A stretch of DNA of 64,000 nt. It comes from an uncultured Gemmatimonadales bacterium. Its GTDB lineage: Bacteria > Gemmatimonadota > Gemmatimonadetes > Gemmatimonadales > GWC2-71-9. The notes beneath the pieces were generated by a model. That model saw only the letters and a list, made by a program, of their open reading frames with translations. It did no database searches and was not told where the DNA came from. Made by a program: the position numbers and the translations under genes. Below are positions 61,117-64,000 of the stretch, piece after piece; position 1 is the first letter of the stretch; every line of letters begins with the position of its first letter. Location: positions 198,296-262,295 of the forward strand of contig CAWCMH010000001.1 in NCBI GenBank assembly GCA_963796635.1. The letters run 5' to 3'.

Positions 61117-63042
61117 ATGGAGTGTGTCATGCGAGCTGCCACCCGGTACCTCGTTCGCGGTGCCGTCATACTGGCGATCGCGGCGTCCGCCGTGCCATCG
61201 GCCTGCAAGCCCTCCGGCTCGGCGACCGGCACCGAATCGATTGCGCTGGCGCTGACGCCGACCAGCGCCACCGTTCAGCAGGGCGGTTCCACGACCGTCA
61301 CCGCAACGATCACCAGCAGCGGCGGATTCGGTGGAGCGGTGTCGGTCGATGTGCAGGCGCCGCCGAGCGGTATTTCCGCATCGGTGGGATCGAGTAGCAC
61401 GCTCGGCGCGGCCACCACGGTGCCGGTGGGGATCACAGTTGCGGCGACCGTGGCCGCCGGGACGTACCCATTGACCCTGCGAGCCACCGGCAACGGCGTT
61501 GCGGCGGTGACCATGACGTTCACGCTCATGGTCACCACGGCTCAGTCCGGGGGGGCGTTCTCCATCACGCCACAGTCGGCGTCGTTGACGTTCGAGCAGG
61601 GATCGCACGATTCCGTCGTGGTGGCGATCGCCCGCACCGGGGGATTTGTCGGCGCAGTGAGTTTCGCGTTGACCGGCGCACCGTCCGGCCTGGCGTCCCA
61701 GTTCTCGCCGACCAGCACCACCGCGTCAAGCGACACGCTCTCGCTCGTGGCCGATGCGAACCTTCCGGCCCAGGTCTATCCACTGACGATCCATGCCACC
61801 GCCGCAGGGCTGGCCGAGCAAACGGCGCCGCTGGCCGTGACGATCTCCGCCGCTCCGCAGCCCAACGTGGCCATCGACTTCTCCGCGTGTTTTCCCACCA
61901 AGGTGGAGTGGGTGGCATATCAGGACGGCACCGGACCGTGGACGCACGTGCCGCAGCCCGGTCCGATCTATCGCGTCAACATCAGCAGTTCGAAGGGCGG
62001 CGTGGCCTGGGTGTTGAGCAACGCGGGATCGTTCCCGATCGACACTGTCGAGCGCGTCATGCTGATGACCAAGGCCGAGCTGACGGCGGGACCAATTGTG
62101 GCATGCACGTCCGCCACGCCATCGGGTGGGTCATTGACGGGTAGCGCGGGGGGCATCCACGCCGGTCAGGCGGCGTCGGTCACGTATGGCGGCGCCGGGG
62201 CTTTCTTTGACTACCATTTTCCCAGCGATTCCACATTCCTGATGCAGAACGTGCCCTCGGGCCCGCAACTGCTGGTGGCTTTTCGCGCCGACTCGGTCAC
62301 GCCCGCCAATGATCGTGGAGTCATCCGTCGCAATCAGGACATCCCGAACGGCGGGACACTGCGAGTCAACTTCGACAGCACCGAGGGCTTTCCAGCCGAC
62401 ACCGGGAGTGTCGCGATCAGCGGCTTCGTGTCCGGTGAGACGTTCAGCTTCGGCGTCAGCTACCTCAGCGGCCCGGGCTGCACGCCCTCCCCGCTGTTCG
62501 GATCAGGATTCGATTTGTCGGCGACATCCTCGCCGCAGCCGTTCCCCGAGATCCCGGATTCCGAGCAGGCGGCTGGTGAATTCAATGCCGTCTCGGTCAC
62601 GACGTTCAAGCCGGGTGGGCAGGCGCGCACGGTGCAGTTGTCCAGGCACTCGCTGGGATCGGCGGCTGTCGCGCTCGGCGCGATCCCGGTGGTGACTGCC
62701 GTGTCGATCGCCGAGCCCGACACCTTCCGACTGGTGCAGGCGAGCTTCACCCTGCCGTCCGACTATCACACGTCGGCGCAGCTCGGCTATGCCGGAGGTG
62801 CGTTCGGAATCGGCGAGGGGATCGACATGTCGGTAACGGCATCGTTTGGCTGGCTCGGTCAATCCGATGTGGTGCTTGCTCCACCGGATTTCAGCCATGT
62901 CGACGGCTGGTCCGCGAACTTCAACATGCCGACGGGAGCGCTCAACTGGGGCGTGACACTGACCGGTACATCCGGAGGCCCATCGCTTTGCAGCGAGGGT
63001 GCGTCGATCCGGACGTTCGGCACCTCGGGCAGCGTCAACTGA
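61117..63042 (+). CDS. Surface lipoprotein with Ig-like repeats (paralogue of 1331..4108)
   Basis: Lipobox AVPSAC. Two ~95-aa Ig-like modules. The C-terminal ~400 aa are colinear with the C-terminal half of the 925-aa protein. The start is ATG 61117 or 61129. Confidence 0.8.
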   Translation: MECVMRAATRYLVRGAVILAIAASAVPSACKPSGSATGTESIALALTPTSATVQQGGSTTVTATITSSGGFGGAVSVDVQAPPSGISASVGSSSTLGAATTVPVGITVAATVAAGTYPLTLRATGNGVAAVTMTFTLMVTTAQSGGAFSITPQSASLTFEQGSHDSVVVAIARTGGFVGAVSFALTGAPSGLASQFSPTSTTASSDTLSLVADANLPAQVYPLTIHATAAGLAEQTAPLAVTISAAPQPNVAIDFSACFPTKVEWVAYQDGTGPWTHVPQPGPIYRVNISSSKGGVAWVLSNAGSFPIDTVERVMLMTKAELTAGPIVACTSATPSGGSLTGSAGGIHAGQAASVTYGGAGAFFDYHFPSDSTFLMQNVPSGPQLLVAFRADSVTPANDRGVIRRNQDIPNGGTLRVNFDSTEGFPADTGSVAISGFVSGETFSFGVSYLSGPGCTPSPLFGSGFDLSATSSPQPFPEIPDSEQAAGEFNAVSVTTFKPGGQARTVQLSRHSLGSAAVALGAIPVVTAVSIAEPDTFRLVQASFTLPSDYHTSAQLGYAGGAFGIGEGIDMSVTASFGWLGQSDVVLAPPDFSHVDGWSANFNMPTGALNWGVTLTGTSGGPSLCSEGASIRTFGTSGSVN

Positions 63043-63088
63043 ACGATGCGGGGCACGCCGTACAGCGTATCACGCATGACCTGCCGGA

Positions 63089-63238
63089 TCAGCCCGGGCC
63101 GGCACCGGCGACCAGCGTTACGGCATCTGGCCGGGGCTGCCATGAATCCATGTCGGCGCCGGTCTGGTCGGGCCACAGCGCCGAGCGCATGCGCTGCCAC
63201 TCGGCGTGATCGGCGGGGAGACAGGGGCGGATATTCAT
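63089..63238 (-). pseudogene. 5' remnant of a GNAT (AAC(6')-like) acetyltransferase gene
   Basis: MNIRPCLPADHAEWQRMRSALWPDQTGADMDSWQP... is a typical N-terminus of this family. The ORF stops after 50 codons, 47 nt from the neighbouring gene's stop. Confidence 0.45.
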
Positions 63239-63489
63239 GGTGCGCGGTCTCGCGTTGCGGTCGTGCACGTGGCGCTGGTGGTTGAGGTGACCGAGATGCT
63301 TCGCGTCGACTCCGACTGATTCGACCCGGTGTTGACTCCGGGTCTCGCGTGCTCGGCGGCCGTGAAGGTACTGCTGCAGGGCATCGAGCATGAGTCGTCT
63401 CCTTGTCGTTCTTGACGGCGCGTGCTGTCGCGCCAATATTCGATCGGTCGCGAAATTGCGGCATCCGAACCCAGTCCCAGGGAGGTCGC

Positions 63490-63960
63490 ATGCGCCCGAT
63501 CCGGACAGCGCTTGGCGCGGTTCTCGTCGCGACGTTCGCGGCATTACCGTTGCCTGGACAAACTCCACCGACGAACCAGGCGTGTCCCCTGCTTACCGCC
63601 GCCGAGGTGAGCGCCACGCTGGACATCACATCACGGCCCGGCAAACCGTACCTGGGCAGCAATGCCGTCTGTTACTTCTCGGCCGATACCGGCTATGACG
63701 GGAGCGTGCCGTCCGTCACTCTCATGGTAATGAACACAGTCGCGTTTCAGAACCAAAAGAACATGGGCCCGCATGCGGTCACCGGACTGGGTGACGAGGC
63801 GTACTACGTCGGCGGCGGAAGTTACGCGAAGGTCGTCGTGCGCAAGGGCAGCCGCGCCTTGAGCGTGACCGTGGTGCTCGGCGAGCATCGCACGGCGACG
63901 CTTGACCAGCTCGTGGCGATGGAAGAGACCTTGGCGCGGAAAGCTCTCGCACGATTCTGA
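63490..63960 (+). CDS. Secreted hypothetical protein
   Basis: GGAGG RBS upstream of the ATG at 63490. Signal peptide MRPIRTALGAVLVATFAALPLPGQ. No recognised domain. Confidence 0.6.
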   Translation: MRPIRTALGAVLVATFAALPLPGQTPPTNQACPLLTAAEVSATLDITSRPGKPYLGSNAVCYFSADTGYDGSVPSVTLMVMNTVAFQNQKNMGPHAVTGLGDEAYYVGGGSYAKVVVRKGSRALSVTVVLGEHRTATLDQLVAMEETLARKALARF

Positions 63961-64000
63961 CCCGCGGGACGGCAGGCTGGTAATCGCCACCGGGTAGTTC

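Overview
The window is a high-GC bacterial chromosome segment. Hand counts of single 60-nt lines give about 62-68% G+C in core genes. The gene content (PEP-CTERM proteins, TonB-dependent receptor, BNR lipoprotein, Ig-like giant lipoproteins) suggests a soil Gemmatimonadota/Acidobacteriota-like organism; that assignment is inference only. Core-like genes occupy 0.2-9.5 kb, 24-36 kb and 57-64 kb. Two accessory regions dominate the rest.

(1) 9.74-23.69 kb is a unidirectional integron-type gene-cassette array. It has at least 11 well-formed attC-like imperfect palindromes (R'' xxCTAAC ... R' GTTAGGY) plus several half-sites. The cargo includes TA pairs (MNT/HEPN, DUF4160/DUF2442, RHH/MazF). No integron integrase is visible, so it is CALIN-like. 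Two identical 1316-bp IS481-family copies and a 414-bp deletion derivative of a related IS481 element sit exactly 8 nt upstream of an attC R'' box. A third full copy sits 7 nt from a TGCTAAC motif inside an unrelated gene. This suggests an attC/CTAAC-directed IS481 lineage.

(2) 36.72-56.84 kb lies next to tRNA-Arg(CCG) and an integrase remnant. It is a ~20.1-kb block bounded by two directly oriented, slightly diverged IS3-family copies, with a 4-bp direct repeat (CGCA) only at the outer ends, so it is composite-transposon-like. It carries lower-GC cargo:
- a 1042-aa metallophosphoesterase + P-loop NTPase + long helical C-terminus protein (a candidate STAND/Avs-like single-gene defence protein)
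- a LuxR-type two-component system
- an IS3 element with a nested IS110-family insertion
- an IS481-disrupted membrane protein next to a C39-like peptidase
- a third IS3-type element truncated by one bounding IS

No CRISPR array and no rRNA were found. One tRNA was found. Many long ORFs in the six-frame track are antisense or shadow frames typical of high-GC DNA and were not called.
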